From: a bacterium
Lineage (GTDB): Bacteria; UBA8248
Reading direction: 5' to 3'
DNA length: 64,000 nt
Assembly (NCBI GenBank): GCA_965221165.1
Contig: CBDCRP010000003.1
Location: forward strand, 128,001 to 192,000
This document shows, in pieces, positions 48,021-60,658 of the stretch; within the stretch, counting starts at the first letter, position 1; every line of letters begins with the position of its first letter. Position numbers and translations under genes: made by a program. The notes under the pieces were generated by a model. The model was not told the DNA's origin. It saw only the letters and a program-made list of their open reading frames with translations, and did not search any database.

Positions 48021-50108
48021 TCACTCGCTCTCACGGGCAAGCACCGTTTCGGATACGATTTTCTCAGAGATCTGTCCCGGCACTTCCTCATAGTGTGAAA
48101 ACTCGATGGAGAAATCACCCCGATCCGCAGTAATCGACCGCAGCGCGGGCGCATAGTTCAACACTTCCGCCATGGGAACCTGGGATTTGATGACCTGCTT
48201 GCCTCCAACGCCGGGGTCCATGCCCAGCACCCTGCCCCTGCGCGAATTCATGTCCCCGATGATGTCGCCCATATATTCTTCTGGAACGATGATGTCTATG
48301 TTCATGATGGGCTCCAGGAGAGTCGGCTTGCATTCCTGCACACCCTTTTTGAAGCCGAGCGAACCGGCTATCTTGAATGCCATCTCGGAGCTGTCGACAT
48401 TGTGAAAACTACCGTCATAAAGCGTGATTCTCAGATCCGTCACCGGATAGCCGGCCAAGGTTCCGGAGTCCATAGCTTCTACAATTCCCTTCTCCACGGC
48501 CGGAATAAATGTTTTTGGAATCGCTCCGCCTACAATCTTGTCCACGAATTCGAACCCGCTTCCGCGCTGCAACGGTTCAATCTCGAGCCAGGTGTCCCCA
48601 AACTGCCCTCGGCCACCCGTTTGTTTCTTATAGCGGCCCTGCACCTTGGTTCTGCCCTTGATCGTTTCCTTATAGGGCACGCGCGGGGTCTTCATTTCCA
48701 CTTCCACTCCATATTTGCGTTTGATGCGCTCCACCATCACCTCGATGTGCAAAACACCCAGACCCGAAAGAAGCATCTCTTTCGTTTGGGGATCACGGCT
48801 GATGGTGAGCGCGGGGTCCTCATCGCGCAGGCGCGCGAGGGCCGTACTGAGTTTCTCCTCATCTCCCTTACTCTTCGGCGCTACGGCGTAGGAGATGACT
48901 GGCGAAGGAAAGTTGATGGGCTCCATCACGACTGCACCGGCCTCGTCGCAAAGCGTATCCCCCGTTCTCGTAGTTTTCAGTTTAGCGAGCGCGGCGATGT
49001 CTCCGGGCACAAGCCTGTCGGAGACGGGTGACTGCCCTTTCCCCTGAATGAAGAGCAAAGAACCGATTCTCTCTTTTTCCGATTGCGTCGTGTTGAGAAC
49101 ACCGATATCAGAAGAAACCTCGCCCGAGACTACGCGGAAGTAATTCAACTTACCGGCGAAAGCGTCCACAACCGTCTTGAACACCAAGGCGCGGAAAGGC
49201 TCGCTCGCCTCCGCTTTGACGCTCACCTCCTCGCCGCTATTGTTCTTCGCCTTGAATTCATGCGCAAAAGGCGAAGCGCCGAACTGCTCAATCGCTTTGA
49301 GCAAAAGATCCGTACCTACGTTTTTCAAACCACACCCGCATAAAACCGGGAAGAAGGAACCCTCCTGAATGCCTTGGCGCAATCCCTGAACGATCTCCTC
49401 CGGCGAGAGTTCCTCTCCCTCCAAATACTTCTCGAGCACTTCTTCGTTCGTCTCTGCGGCAAACTCGACAAGCTGCCCGCGATACTCTTCGTAGGCATCG
49501 GCAAGTTCCGGCGGAACGTCGCTCTCCACACCCTTTCCATTGCCCTCCACCTCGTAGGTGTAAGCTTTGCCGGAGATGAGATCGACGACCCCATTAAAAT
49601 CGGCGCCCGGATTCATGGGTAGCTGCAATACTACGAGACGCTTGTCGATCGTTTTGCCCGCATATTCCATCGCGCGGCTCAAATCAGCTTGCTCATGATC
49701 CATCTGGTTCAGATATATGAATGAGCACAAACCTTCTTCCTCGGCCCAGCCCAGAACTTTTTCGGTAATTACCTTCGGCTCTGAGTGAGAATTCAGCACG
49801 ACGACTGCGTTGTCAGATGCGCGGATGGCTGCGACGGTATCCGATATGAAATTCGAATACCCCGGGGTATCGAGAAGATTGAAACGATGCTTGTTCCAAT
49901 CGGCGTAGGCCACTGCTCCCAAGATGGAGGAGTTTCTCTTCACTTCTTCGGGTTCCGAATCGAGTATTGTGCTGCCCGCATCAACTTTTCCTTGCCTGTC
50001 CGTGCTTCCCGCAGTGAAGAGGCAGGCTTCCACGAGAGAAGTTTTTCCATTCCCTCCTTCTCCCACAAAAGCGATGTTTCGAATTTTATCTGTTTCGTGC
50101 GCCGCCAT
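48021..50108 (-). CDS. fusA: Elongation factor G paralog (EF-G II type)
   Basis: IRNIA, DTPG, KKQTGGRGQFG, GSFHNVDSSEMAF, LLEPIM; divergent G motifs; not in an rpsL-rpsG operon. Confidence 0.92.
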   Translation of the reverse strand: MAAHETDKIRNIAFVGEGGNGKTSLVEACLFTAGSTDRQGKVDAGSTILDSEPEEVKRNSSILGAVAYADWNKHRFNLLDTPGYSNFISDTVAAIRASDNAVVVLNSHSEPKVITEKVLGWAEEEGLCSFIYLNQMDHEQADLSRAMEYAGKTIDKRLVVLQLPMNPGADFNGVVDLISGKAYTYEVEGNGKGVESDVPPELADAYEEYRGQLVEFAAETNEEVLEKYLEGEELSPEEIVQGLRQGIQEGSFFPVLCGCGLKNVGTDLLLKAIEQFGASPFAHEFKAKNNSGEEVSVKAEASEPFRALVFKTVVDAFAGKLNYFRVVSGEVSSDIGVLNTTQSEKERIGSLLFIQGKGQSPVSDRLVPGDIAALAKLKTTRTGDTLCDEAGAVVMEPINFPSPVISYAVAPKSKGDEEKLSTALARLRDEDPALTISRDPQTKEMLLSGLGVLHIEVMVERIKRKYGVEVEMKTPRVPYKETIKGRTKVQGRYKKQTGGRGQFGDTWLEIEPLQRGSGFEFVDKIVGGAIPKTFIPAVEKGIVEAMDSGTLAGYPVTDLRITLYDGSFHNVDSSEMAFKIAGSLGFKKGVQECKPTLLEPIMNIDIIVPEEYMGDIIGDMNSRRGRVLGMDPGVGGKQVIKSQVPMAEVLNYAPALRSITADRGDFSIEFSHYEEVPGQISEKIVSETVLARESE

Positions 50109-50326
50109 CTACCTCAACTCCTCTGATATCAGTCTCTTGGCAACGTGACGTTTCATAAGTGTCTCGTGCCCGACTCGGTGATGAGTGCGAAAAACATGTA
50201 TTCATAGAATCCTGCCATCAAGAGGCCGCTTTGTCAATCAGAATGAATTACTTGCGGGGTATCATTAAAGCTAGGCATGAACTATGGAGCGATGCGTTTA
50301 CTCCAAACTCTCGAAATTCCTTGAAG

Positions 50327-51694
50327 TTATCGCCTTGCTTTTCTGCTTTGCCTTCGTGGAGCGCTCGTCCCCCTTTGGCGGAAGCTGACCCGAAGCGGCG
50401 TACCCTCAAAATTAAACCGCTCTCTCAATCTGTTTTCCACGTACCTCCCGTATTGCTCCACGGGAATTTTGCTTGTGAGACTCGTGAAGAGTATGACATG
50501 AGGCGGAGAAACAGCGCTTTGCGTGGCATAATACACCTTGGGGCGTCGCCCCCCCGAAATGCTGGGCGGGGGGTGCGCATGAATGATTTCCGAAATCGCC
50601 CGATTCAGTTGTCCGGTGGGCACACGCCTGACATGAGACGCATATATCTTCTCCACCACATCAAAAACACGCTCACATCTCTGCCCCGTCAGGGCGGACA
50701 CCGAAAGAACCGGCGCGAAATGGATGTGGACCAGTTTGTCTTTGATCTCACGTACTTTCTCGTCAAAGGTTTTGCCCTCTTTCGCCAGCAGATCCCATTT
50801 GTTCAACAAAATCGCGCAGGCGCGGCCGGATTCCTTGATGTGGCGGGCTATCTGCGCGTCCATTGTTCTCGGACCTTCCGTCGCATCGATGAGAAGCACA
50901 GCGATCTGGGCGCGCTCTATGCTGCGGTAAGCCATAATCATGCTCACCGCTTCCACCTGGCGCTTGCCAATCTTTCCTCTTCTCCTGATGCCGGCCGTAT
51001 CCACGAGGCGATAAGATTTTCCCTCTCTCACACAAAGGGAATCGACCGGGTCTCGCGTCGTACCTGGCACAGGACTCACCAGAGTTCGCTCGCTTCCTAG
51101 AATTTGATTCACAAAAGAGGATTTTCCCACATTCGGGCGACCGACGACGGCGATGCGACGCTCATCCGCGCCCTCGGCCTCCTCGGTCTCGGTTGCACTC
51201 GATGCGATGCGAATCGCCTCATCCATCACATCGGACACGCCCGATCCATGCTCCGCAGAAACGGGCCAAACTTCCCCAAGACCCAGTTGGTAAAAATCCC
51301 ATTCCGTCTCACGCGTGCGCTTGGAATCGGATTTGTTCACGATGAGAAGCACCGGTTTTTGTGAGATGCGGATCATTTGCGCGACTTCATGATCCCCGGG
51401 AAGGAGACCCTCGATTCCATCAACCAGGAACAAAACGACATCGCTTTCCTCCATGGCGGCCGCCGTCTGCTCCTGAATTTTCGGTAAGAACGGATCGCCT
51501 TCCGATGCAACGATGCCACCCGTGTCGACGGCGAGAAATTTCTTGCCCTCCCAGTCGCCCTCGCCGTAACGCCTGTCCCGGGTTACTCCTGGCTCTGCCT
51601 GCACGATAGCGTCGCGTCTGCCTATGAGACGATTGAAGAACGTGGATTTCCCCACATTCGGGCGACCGACGATGACGAAGACGGGAGAAGCCAT
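50327..51694 (-). CDS. der: Ribosome biogenesis GTPase Der
   Basis: Two GRPNVGKS P-loops, GVTRD/GTTRD, DTGG/DTAG, KH-like C-terminus. Confidence 0.98.
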   Translation of the reverse strand: MASPVFVIVGRPNVGKSTFFNRLIGRRDAIVQAEPGVTRDRRYGEGDWEGKKFLAVDTGGIVASEGDPFLPKIQEQTAAAMEESDVVLFLVDGIEGLLPGDHEVAQMIRISQKPVLLIVNKSDSKRTRETEWDFYQLGLGEVWPVSAEHGSGVSDVMDEAIRIASSATETEEAEGADERRIAVVGRPNVGKSSFVNQILGSERTLVSPVPGTTRDPVDSLCVREGKSYRLVDTAGIRRRGKIGKRQVEAVSMIMAYRSIERAQIAVLLIDATEGPRTMDAQIARHIKESGRACAILLNKWDLLAKEGKTFDEKVREIKDKLVHIHFAPVLSVSALTGQRCERVFDVVEKIYASHVRRVPTGQLNRAISEIIHAHPPPSISGGRRPKVYYATQSAVSPPHVILFTSLTSKIPVEQYGRYVENRLRERFNFEGTPLRVSFRQRGTSAPRRQSRKARR

Positions 51695-51724
51695 GGAAGT
51701 GTTTCCAGATGAGAAAAATGCGCT

Positions 51725-53047
51725 TCAGCGCTTCAGGGCGCTCGTTCCGGCTTTTCTGGAGCCGATACCCACAAACTGCATCATACCTTTTGCAATCCCT
51801 TCCGCAAGCGCTTGGCGATATTTCGGGCTGCGCATTCGTCGCACTTCTCTGCGGTTCGACATGAAGGCGACCTCGACCAATATGCTCGGCATCTGAGCAC
51901 CGAGGAGCACATAAAACGGCCCCCGCTTCACGCCCAAATCCCGGACGCCGAGATAGCCCGGCCTGAGACGCGAAAGCATCGCTTGCTGAACCTGTTGCGC
52001 CAACTCCCGCGACTCCTTGACCTTCGACCTCAACCCGAGGTCATGCAGTATCTTTTGCAAATCGCTCATCCGCGCGAGGGTCGTCCCGCTTTCTCTGGCC
52101 GCTAACCTAAGCGCCCTTTTCGATGAGGCCTCACTCAGAAGGTAGGTTTCGATTCCATGGATGCGCCGCGAACGTGCGCTGTTTGCATGGATCGACACAA
52201 AGATATCCGCATCATGATCGTTGGCAAACGATGTCCTGCGGTGAAGGGAAATATATCGATCAGAAGTTCTGGTGAGATAGATTCGGTTTCCGGGCAGGAT
52301 TCGCCTCAGCACTCGTTTCATACGAAGCGCAATGTCCAAGGCGATACTTTTTTCTTTCAGGCCGGACCGACCGACTGCGCCCGGGTCCTTGCCACCATGC
52401 CCTGGGTCCAAGACGATTCTGCCAAGGCCGTGGCGAAACCTTTGGGCCGAGTTCATCTCACGGCGCTTCAACCTCCCGGAGAGTTTTCCGCGGGGAGGCA
52501 CCCTGCGCGCGCGGTCGGATTTTCCCGGTTTCGAACGCCTGGGCCCTTCCCTCTTTGCAAGTTTCGAGGTGACCGTGCTTTTCGCCCATACGTCAATTAC
52601 GATGCGTTGCGGACTCGGGAGAGTGAAAATTCGGTGTTTGATATCATGTTTTTTCGCAATATCAACCACGAGGCGCAAGCTGTTCTTCTTCGGTTTGCCG
52701 AACCTAAGCCGAGATACGATACTTCTTCCTGGTTGAAATTTCGGAATTTGAGCGCCTCGTTCAATGCGCCCGCGAGGGATGTCAATAAAAATTCGCGTGG
52801 GCCCCTTCAAGACGCCCGATTTAAAACCAAATATTTCTTGGTTCACTATCAAGACTATCCGTGCATAACTTGTGGTGGAGAATTGCCGAACCCCAAGAAT
52901 GCGCGCGTCCAATTCGCGCGCGGCAAGCGCGGTACCCCCACCCTCCGCCCAAAAGACAAGAAGAAAAACGAAGATGAGAAATAAATTCCCCGACTGCGGT
53001 TCGGTCTTTTTTCTGCTACACAACGTGGCGACCAAATTTCCGGCCAC
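51725..53047 (-). CDS. amiC: N-acetylmuramoyl-L-alanine amidase with AMIN domain
   Basis: RIFID/RIVID AMIN repeats, LDPGHGGKDPG, SIHANS, PSILVE; start uncertain. Confidence 0.9.
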   Translation of the reverse strand: MAGNLVATLCSRKKTEPQSGNLFLIFVFLLVFWAEGGGTALAARELDARILGVRQFSTTSYARIVLIVNQEIFGFKSGVLKGPTRIFIDIPRGRIERGAQIPKFQPGRSIVSRLRFGKPKKNSLRLVVDIAKKHDIKHRIFTLPSPQRIVIDVWAKSTVTSKLAKREGPRRSKPGKSDRARRVPPRGKLSGRLKRREMNSAQRFRHGLGRIVLDPGHGGKDPGAVGRSGLKEKSIALDIALRMKRVLRRILPGNRIYLTRTSDRYISLHRRTSFANDHDADIFVSIHANSARSRRIHGIETYLLSEASSKRALRLAARESGTTLARMSDLQKILHDLGLRSKVKESRELAQQVQQAMLSRLRPGYLGVRDLGVKRGPFYVLLGAQMPSILVEVAFMSNRREVRRMRSPKYRQALAEGIAKGMMQFVGIGSRKAGTSALKR

Positions 53048-53092
53048 AGAAACTTCCCCCGCAGCGGGCGGCGTATTGAATGCGGAGCAGCT

Positions 53093-54382
<1,290 letters not shown>

Positions 54383-54402
54383 TTATTTCGCGTTACGATA
54401 TT

Positions 54403-55581
54403 TTACGCTCCGACAGCAGTATTCAAATCGGCTATCTTATCCGTTTTCTCCCAGGTGAACTCAGGTTCATCACGGCCAAAGTGGCCATAAGCCGCCGTGT
54501 TTTTGAAGATGGGGCGGCGCAAGTCGAGTTGTTCGATAATTTCCCTGGGTTTGAGGCCGAATACGTCGCGGATGGCTCTTGAGAGATCATTCGGATCCAC
54601 ATGGCCCGTTCCAAAATCATCCACCAAAACGGAAACGGGGTCCGCCACGCCAATGGCGTAAGCGAGTTGCACTTCCGCTTTCTCCGCAAGTCCTGCGGCA
54701 ACGATGTTCTTGGCGATATATCTCCCCATGTAGGCGGCTGAGCGGTCCACCTTCGAGGGGTCTTTCCCTGAAAATGCGCCACCTCCGTGTCTACTATATC
54801 CTCCATAAGTATCCACGATGATTTTCCGGCCCGTAAGCCCCGTATCGCACATCGGCCCGCCAATGACGAAAAGCCCGGTTGGATTCACATAAAATTCAGT
54901 ATCCTCTGTCGTCATACCATCCGGGAGTATGGGACGTATCACCTCCTGAATGATGTCCTCGCGTATCTGCTCGAGGCTCACGTCCGGAGAATGCTGAGCG
55001 GAGATGACAACATTGTCGATTGCCACAGGTTTGTCGTCTTCATAGCGGACGGACACCTGGCTTTTACTGTCAGGCCTCAGGTAGTCCAAAGCGCCACTTC
55101 TTCTCACTTCCGATGTTCTGCGAACCAACTTATGGGCCAACATGATGGGCAGGGGCATCAATTCCTCTGATTCCCGGCAAGCGAATCCAAACATCATCCC
55201 TTGATCGCCCGCGCCTTGTTCCTGGAAAAGGCCCTCTCCTTCCGTCACCCCTTGAGAGATGTTGGGAGATTGCTTGTCTATCGCCGTGACGACCGAACAT
55301 GTATTGCAATCAAAACCATATGCCGAATTGTCGTAGCCGATTTGCCGTATCGTCTCGCGTGCGATCTCGCGCGCATCATAATTCGCCACCGTCGTAATCT
55401 CACCGGCCACGAATACAATACCCGTCGTGATGAGCGTTTCACATGCAACGCGACCGTTAGGGTCGTCATGAAAAATGGCGTCTAAAACAGAATCGCTAAC
55501 TTGATCGGCAATTTTGTCAGGATGTCCTTCCGAGACGGACTCGGAAGTAAAAATGTAATTTCTCCCATGATTGGAACCCAT
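54403..55581 (-). CDS. metK: S-adenosylmethionine synthetase
   Basis: [35 protein letters not shown]. Confidence 0.99.
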   Translation of the reverse strand: MGSNHGRNYIFTSESVSEGHPDKIADQVSDSVLDAIFHDDPNGRVACETLITTGIVFVAGEITTVANYDAREIARETIRQIGYDNSAYGFDCNTCSVVTAIDKQSPNISQGVTEGEGLFQEQGAGDQGMMFGFACRESEELMPLPIMLAHKLVRRTSEVRRSGALDYLRPDSKSQVSVRYEDDKPVAIDNVVISAQHSPDVSLEQIREDIIQEVIRPILPDGMTTEDTEFYVNPTGLFVIGGPMCDTGLTGRKIIVDTYGGYSRHGGGAFSGKDPSKVDRSAAYMGRYIAKNIVAAGLAEKAEVQLAYAIGVADPVSVLVDDFGTGHVDPNDLSRAIRDVFGLKPREIIEQLDLRRPIFKNTAAYGHFGRDEPEFTWEKTDKIADLNTAVGA

Positions 55582-55784
55582 CTACAATCTCCCAGGAATT
55601 GGAGGTCGCCATTGAATCGAACAAGAACGCCTCACTAGACTATATCCATTTTCTGGCGTCTTTTATCATTTCTTGAATTTGGACGGAAGTGCCCGGGGAA
55701 AATGTTGTTTATTCGTAAAACTACCTATGAGGAAATCGCCGGATTCGCGCCGAGACGAAAATTTCTTCACGCAAAATATCTATA

Positions 55785-55811
55785 TTAAAGTATTATTTAT
55801 CAATACTTTAA
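55785..55811. promoter_or_regulatory. Perfect 10-bp inverted repeat overlapping an IHF consensus, upstream of metK
   Basis: TTAAAGTATT-N7-AATACTTTAA; TATCAATACTTTA at 55798-55810. Confidence 0.5.
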
Positions 55812-55878
55812 ACGTAGTTTCATATAATTCACATCAAAATAATGTGTTTTTGCATATCCTGCGCGTTTTCAGTAAACT

Positions 55879-56160
55879 CTATTCCATCTCTCCAAAGCCA
55901 GACCGGATCAAGTCCGCCAATTCGGCCACCGCCGCATCTTCATCCGAACCGTACGCGCTTATGAGGAGTTCCGATCCGGGAGTTGCGGCAAGCATCATGA
56001 CGCCCATAATGCTTTTCCCATCTACCTCCATATCACGGAATCGAACGAAAATTTCACTCTCGAATTTGCTCGATAGCCTCACGAATTTGGCCGCTGCCCT
56101 GGCATGAAGCCCCATTTGATTGCTAATGCCGACTCTTTCTTCCGCCATAACGGCGTTCAT
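55879..56160 (-). CDS. ptsH: Phosphocarrier protein HPr
   Basis: GLHARAA (His15) and DGKSIMG (Ser46). Confidence 0.96.
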   Translation of the reverse strand: MNAVMAEERVGISNQMGLHARAAAKFVRLSSKFESEIFVRFRDMEVDGKSIMGVMMLAATPGSELLISAYGSDEDAAVAELADLIRSGFGEME

Positions 56161-56579
56161 TCCTCCTTGGCTGGGCGTTGTTTCACGGAATTGATCATTT
56201 CGCTCGGTTGGGCCAGGTTCCGCCTCCCATACTCCACCAAAAAACGCGCCGCTTCGGAGACGGTCTTTCCCTTGATGAACGACAATTTCAAAAGCATCGG
56301 CAAATTCACTCCCGTCACTACTTCTACCCCAGGATGGTTCAGCATGGCGAGGGCCGCATTCGTAGGAGCACCCCCCATCATATCCGTCATAATAATCACC
56401 CCCTCGCCCGATTCTACCTCAGTAACTGCTTTTTCAATTTTTTCCGTGAATCCGGCGGGGTCGGCGTCAGGTTTCAAGGACAGTGCCTTCATTTGGGTTG
56501 CGCCGGACAATACGGACTCGGCCGCATGCAGCAACGCATCCGGATAATCCCCATGACCGACTATCACCAAACCTATCAT
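56157..56579 (-). CDS. PTS EIIA, mannose/fructose type
   Basis: MIGLVIVGHG, TDMMGGAP.N, GVNLPML. Confidence 0.92.
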   Translation of the reverse strand: MIGLVIVGHGDYPDALLHAAESVLSGATQMKALSLKPDADPAGFTEKIEKAVTEVESGEGVIIMTDMMGGAPTNAALAMLNHPGVEVVTGVNLPMLLKLSFIKGKTVSEAARFLVEYGRRNLAQPSEMINSVKQRPAKEE

Positions 56580-56607
56580 GCGAAACCTCTTCTTTTCCCC
56601 CGTCCGT

Positions 56608-57546
56608 CTAGCTCGTCGATTCGAGCGCAATCCGGGCGGAGAGAGCACGGCTGAATTCTTCTGCCGAGAAATAGCCCATTCTTTGCAACAAAAGGTTCCT
56701 GGCCGCTACCTCAATGAGCGTGGGGATATTCCTCCCTGGAGCAACGGGAATTTTCACGTGCGGCAAGTATTTGTCCAAGATGTTTTGAGTCTCGATGTCG
56801 ATTCCGAGACGTTCGAAAGACAAGTCCGGGCTCCAGGGGATCAACTCAACGATGATGTCGACATTTTTTTCATATCGAATCGCCACGACGCCGAAAAGAT
56901 CTTTCAGGTTCAGGATTCCAAGCCCTCTCACCTCGATATGGTGTTTGAGCAGTTCCGTGCTTTTTCCGACCAACTCATTCCCGCGCAACTGGATATCCAC
57001 CACATCGTCGGCGACGAGCCGATGTCCTCGTGTGACGAGATGGAGCGCACACTCACTTTTCCCGATGCCGCTTTTCCCTTGAATAAGTACGCCGACACCA
57101 TACAAATCCACAAGAACGCCATGCAGCCGCGCATGCTGGGAAAGGTGTTCCTCGAGATATCCCGACAATTTCGGCATCAACTCCTTGCCGTGCAATCCCG
57201 AGAGCATAATCGGCACACCGTATTGATCGGATGCCTCCTTGATGCTCGGGACAATGTATTTCCCACCCGTAACCAGCACGGCGCACAGCGGCATACGAAA
57301 ATATTTGCGCACCGCTTCGATTCGCTCCTCCTCCTTCAGGTCTTCCAAAAAACCGACCTCGGTGTTGCCCCACACCTGAACCCTGTCCGGATGCACGGCT
57401 TTCAAAAATCCGGCAAGAGGCAAACCATTTTTCTGAAAGTGCGTATGATTAATCTGGCGGCCCATACCGGATTCGCCCGAGAGTATGGATAACCTCAACT
57501 CTTCACGCAGGTCTTCGTACAATTGAGATACCGAAAGCTTACTCAT
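56608..57546 (-). CDS. hprK: HPr kinase/phosphorylase
   Basis: HGVLVD..GVGVL, GKSGIGKSE, LVADD, EVRGLGI, PGRN...IEVAA. Confidence 0.97.
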   Translation of the reverse strand: MSKLSVSQLYEDLREELRLSILSGESGMGRQINHTHFQKNGLPLAGFLKAVHPDRVQVWGNTEVGFLEDLKEEERIEAVRKYFRMPLCAVLVTGGKYIVPSIKEASDQYGVPIMLSGLHGKELMPKLSGYLEEHLSQHARLHGVLVDLYGVGVLIQGKSGIGKSECALHLVTRGHRLVADDVVDIQLRGNELVGKSTELLKHHIEVRGLGILNLKDLFGVVAIRYEKNVDIIVELIPWSPDLSFERLGIDIETQNILDKYLPHVKIPVAPGRNIPTLIEVAARNLLLQRMGYFSAEEFSRALSARIALESTS

Positions 57547-57799
57547 CACGTTCCTCGACAATCAATACGCCTCATGGAATGCAATGTCCGCCCTCGGGGA
57601 TGAGAGTGAATTTCCCTAGCAAACCTCCGAGCACCATGCTACTTACCAGATGTTGGAACGCCCAGCCTTCGTGGATGATAACAAACATCTTCGAGTTTTT
57701 CAGATAAACCACTAGCCATGAGGCTTCGTGCCCCGCCCCTGTGAACCACGGAGTGCGTGGGGGCGAAATGCGAATCAACGCACAAGCCACACTTGGGCG

Positions 57800-59242
57800 T
57801 CATTTATATACTTTGCGTCTTTTACTAGTGGGAGAGATACGCAGTTCTTTGCGATATTTAGTCACCGTGCGCCTCGCTATCGCCACGTCATCCTGTTTGA
57901 GCCTGTCCACGATTTGTTGGTCGGTGAGCGGCTTTTGAGGGTTTTCCTGTTGCACCATTTTCCTGATGATTTCCTTAACAGCCACAGAAGAGGCGCTCCC
58001 TCCCGCACTCGATTCCAATCCGCTGTGGAAAAAATATTTGAAGCTCAAAACACCCTGCGGCGTATCCATGTACTTGCCCGTCGTTACACGACTTACGGTC
58101 GATTCATGCATCCCGATGTCTTGTGCCACATCTCTCAAAACCAGGGGTTTTAAACAACTCACGCCACGGTCCAGGAAATCCTTTTGGAAACGGACAATGC
58201 TCCGGGAAACTTTCAGAATCGTCTGCCTTCTTTGTTCTATACTTTTAACAAACCAGGTCGCGCTCCTAAGCCTTTCCTCCAAATATTTCCGCGTATCGGG
58301 AGAAGTTCCCGCTTTGTCGGCAACCATGGCCGCGTAAAGAGAATTGACGCGCAGGAACGGCAGGCCATCATCATTGAGCGTCACCTCATAATCATCTCCT
58401 CTTCTGGTGACGCTCACATCCGGGACCACTACCTCTACTCTTTCCTCGAAAAACTGTAAACCCGGACAAGGATCGAGGCTTCGAATAATGTGGATGGCCT
58501 CAATGATGTCACCCACATCGACGCTATTGGCCTTGGCGAGTTTCGCGTACTGCGCCTCACCTATCTTCTCGATATCCTTAAGCACCAAGACTCGCGCCAA
58601 ATCCAAGAAATGGCTATTTCCATTAACCGATAAAGCAGAATTTTTCAATTGTATAAGTAGGCATTCTTGAAGTGTTCTCGCAGCAACGCCGGGCGGGTTG
58701 AATCCCTGCACCAGCGCCAATGCCCTATCAGCCTCGAGAGGGCCCAAATCCACGCCGGTCGCCAATTCCTCCACTTCAGCCTCAAGGTAACCCTCATCGT
58801 TTATATTCCCAATAATTTGCTCGGCGACTCTAGCTACCGGCTCAGGAACTACCGAAAGACTCAATTGCCACTCCAGGTGTTCATGCAACGTATCGGGCCG
58901 CGTCAGGGTCTGCTCATGAGAAGGAAAATCATCATCAGAGGACGGGGGCGAGAAATCATCATAATTGTCTTGGACAATGTTTTCCCAATCGATTTCCACC
59001 TCGCCTCTTTCATCATTTGGACTCTCGGGAACATCATCCCTCAACTCTGGCATCTCCCCATCAGCCACTTCTCTCATTTCGTCCTGAAGTTCTTCCAGCA
59101 AGGGATTGTCCAGCATTTCCTGTTGAACGGCTTGTTGCATTTCCATGCGACTCAGAGACAAAAGGCCAATCGCCTGCCGCAACATGGCCGTCATGACGAG
59201 ACGCTGCTCCGCCCTCGTTGCCATCCTATGCTGCAAAGCCAT
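57800..59242 (-). CDS. rpoN: RNA polymerase sigma-54 factor
   Basis: NPLLE, HESTVSR, RpoN box ARRTVTKYR. Confidence 0.98.
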   Translation of the reverse strand: MALQHRMATRAEQRLVMTAMLRQAIGLLSLSRMEMQQAVQQEMLDNPLLEELQDEMREVADGEMPELRDDVPESPNDERGEVEIDWENIVQDNYDDFSPPSSDDDFPSHEQTLTRPDTLHEHLEWQLSLSVVPEPVARVAEQIIGNINDEGYLEAEVEELATGVDLGPLEADRALALVQGFNPPGVAARTLQECLLIQLKNSALSVNGNSHFLDLARVLVLKDIEKIGEAQYAKLAKANSVDVGDIIEAIHIIRSLDPCPGLQFFEERVEVVVPDVSVTRRGDDYEVTLNDDGLPFLRVNSLYAAMVADKAGTSPDTRKYLEERLRSATWFVKSIEQRRQTILKVSRSIVRFQKDFLDRGVSCLKPLVLRDVAQDIGMHESTVSRVTTGKYMDTPQGVLSFKYFFHSGLESSAGGSASSVAVKEIIRKMVQQENPQKPLTDQQIVDRLKQDDVAIARRTVTKYRKELRISPTSKRRKVYK

Positions 59243-59260
59243 TGTCTTATTCCTCTCGCC

Positions 59261-60025
59261 TCAGAGACGAAATTTTTCGCCCAGATAGACATCCCGGGTC
59301 TTATCGCTTACGGCAATTTCCTCTGGGAGGCCAGACTCCAGTATCCGACCCTCGTTGATAATGTACACCCTGTCGGATATCTGAAGGGTCTCGCGCACGT
59401 TATGGTCCGTGATGATGACTCCGATTCCCCGATCCTTTAAGCCCACCACAATGTCCTGGATATCGTGAACCACGATAGGGTCGATGCCTGCGAAAGGCTC
59501 ATCAAGGAGCATAAAAGTAGGCTCTGTGGCCAATGCCCGGGCAATTTCCACACGCCTTCGTTCGCCACCGGAGAGGGCATATCCCTTCACGGATTGAATG
59601 TGTTGAATATCCAAATCCTCTAAAATCTCATTCAATCGCCTTTCGCGCTGGCTTGAATCACGTAAAACCAGTTCAAGCACCGCCATGATGTTTTCCCTCA
59701 CTGAAAGACGTCGGAACACAGACGCCTCCTGAGGCAAATAACTAATTCCCAGCTTGGCGCGCATATACATGGGCTGGTCGGTGATTTCTCTGCCATTTAA
59801 AAAAATTTCCCCTGCATCCGGAACGATCAACCCGACAATCATATAAAATATCGTCGTCTTGCCGGCTCCGTTTGGTCCGAGCAAACCTACAATTTCGCCA
59901 GGATGCGCTTCGAGCTCCACACCGGAGACGACCTTACGGCCAGAATAGCTTTTCGTTAAACCTATGGCGCGTACAGAAACAACCCCTGCACGTCCTGTAA
60001 CATTGCCATTGGTTCTCGTAGCCAT
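59261..60025 (-). CDS. lptB: LPS export ABC ATPase
   Basis: [42 protein letters not shown]. Confidence 0.97.
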   Translation of the reverse strand: MATRTNGNVTGRAGVVSVRAIGLTKSYSGRKVVSGVELEAHPGEIVGLLGPNGAGKTTIFYMIVGLIVPDAGEIFLNGREITDQPMYMRAKLGISYLPQEASVFRRLSVRENIMAVLELVLRDSSQRERRLNEILEDLDIQHIQSVKGYALSGGERRRVEIARALATEPTFMLLDEPFAGIDPIVVHDIQDIVVGLKDRGIGVIITDHNVRETLQISDRVYIINEGRILESGLPEEIAVSDKTRDVYLGEKFRL

Positions 60026-60029
60026 GAGT

Positions 60030-60623
60030 TTAGTTGGATTTCTTGCGGCGGGTCGTCTCGCTGGAAGGGAAAAGGGTAACGCTGACTCTCTGGCGACGCG
60101 AGCCATGAACTATCGTTTTATCTTCTCTCAAATTCAACTCTATTTTGGCGCCAACTAACTGATTCTTTCCTTCCCATACGCGAGGGCTGCCCGTCAAAAT
60201 GGCGATGCCGGTGGATTCTCGATATTCAAGCCGAGCAGCAGTGGCAAACCTTCTTTTCGCTTGATTCACTTTCACGTTTCCGATGGCCACAATTCTATCG
60301 ACTTCCCCCGCCCTGCCCTCGGGAATTGCTCTACGCTTCGCTCCCGTTCGTTTGACTTCCAGCGTATACACCTCGAGGCGATTCGCATTTATGCGCATGT
60401 TCCCTTGGTTTGCCTTTACACCCCCGATGAAGACGATGAGATTCTTCTGGCTGTTCACTTCCATCTTATCGGAGGTAATATGGATCGGAGCTTTGCGGTT
60501 TAATCGGCTTTTCTTGTTTTTTTCCTGTGCTGATGAATAAGCGTCACCCCATAACGAAAAAACCAAGCACAACCCCAAACCAATGAGGCCAAGACGCTTC
60601 AGGCGGTAGTTTTTCGATTTCAA
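60030..60623 (-). CDS. lptA: LPS transport periplasmic protein
   Basis: Signal peptide; PIHITSD, F.G.V...QG, A.GNV, LTGSP OstA pattern; operon context. Confidence 0.88.
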   Translation of the reverse strand: MKSKNYRLKRLGLIGLGLCLVFSLWGDAYSSAQEKNKKSRLNRKAPIHITSDKMEVNSQKNLIVFIGGVKANQGNMRINANRLEVYTLEVKRTGAKRRAIPEGRAGEVDRIVAIGNVKVNQAKRRFATAARLEYRESTGIAILTGSPRVWEGKNQLVGAKIELNLREDKTIVHGSRRQRVSVTLFPSSETTRRKKSN

Positions 60624-60658
60624 GACAGTCCTCCATTCGGGGTCAGCCGCATACTGCC

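Noticed and set aside
57572-57790. 72-aa ORF or hpf remnant between rpoN and hprK
   Set aside because: No resemblance to Hpf/RaiA or PtsN that I can see, and no clear RBS.
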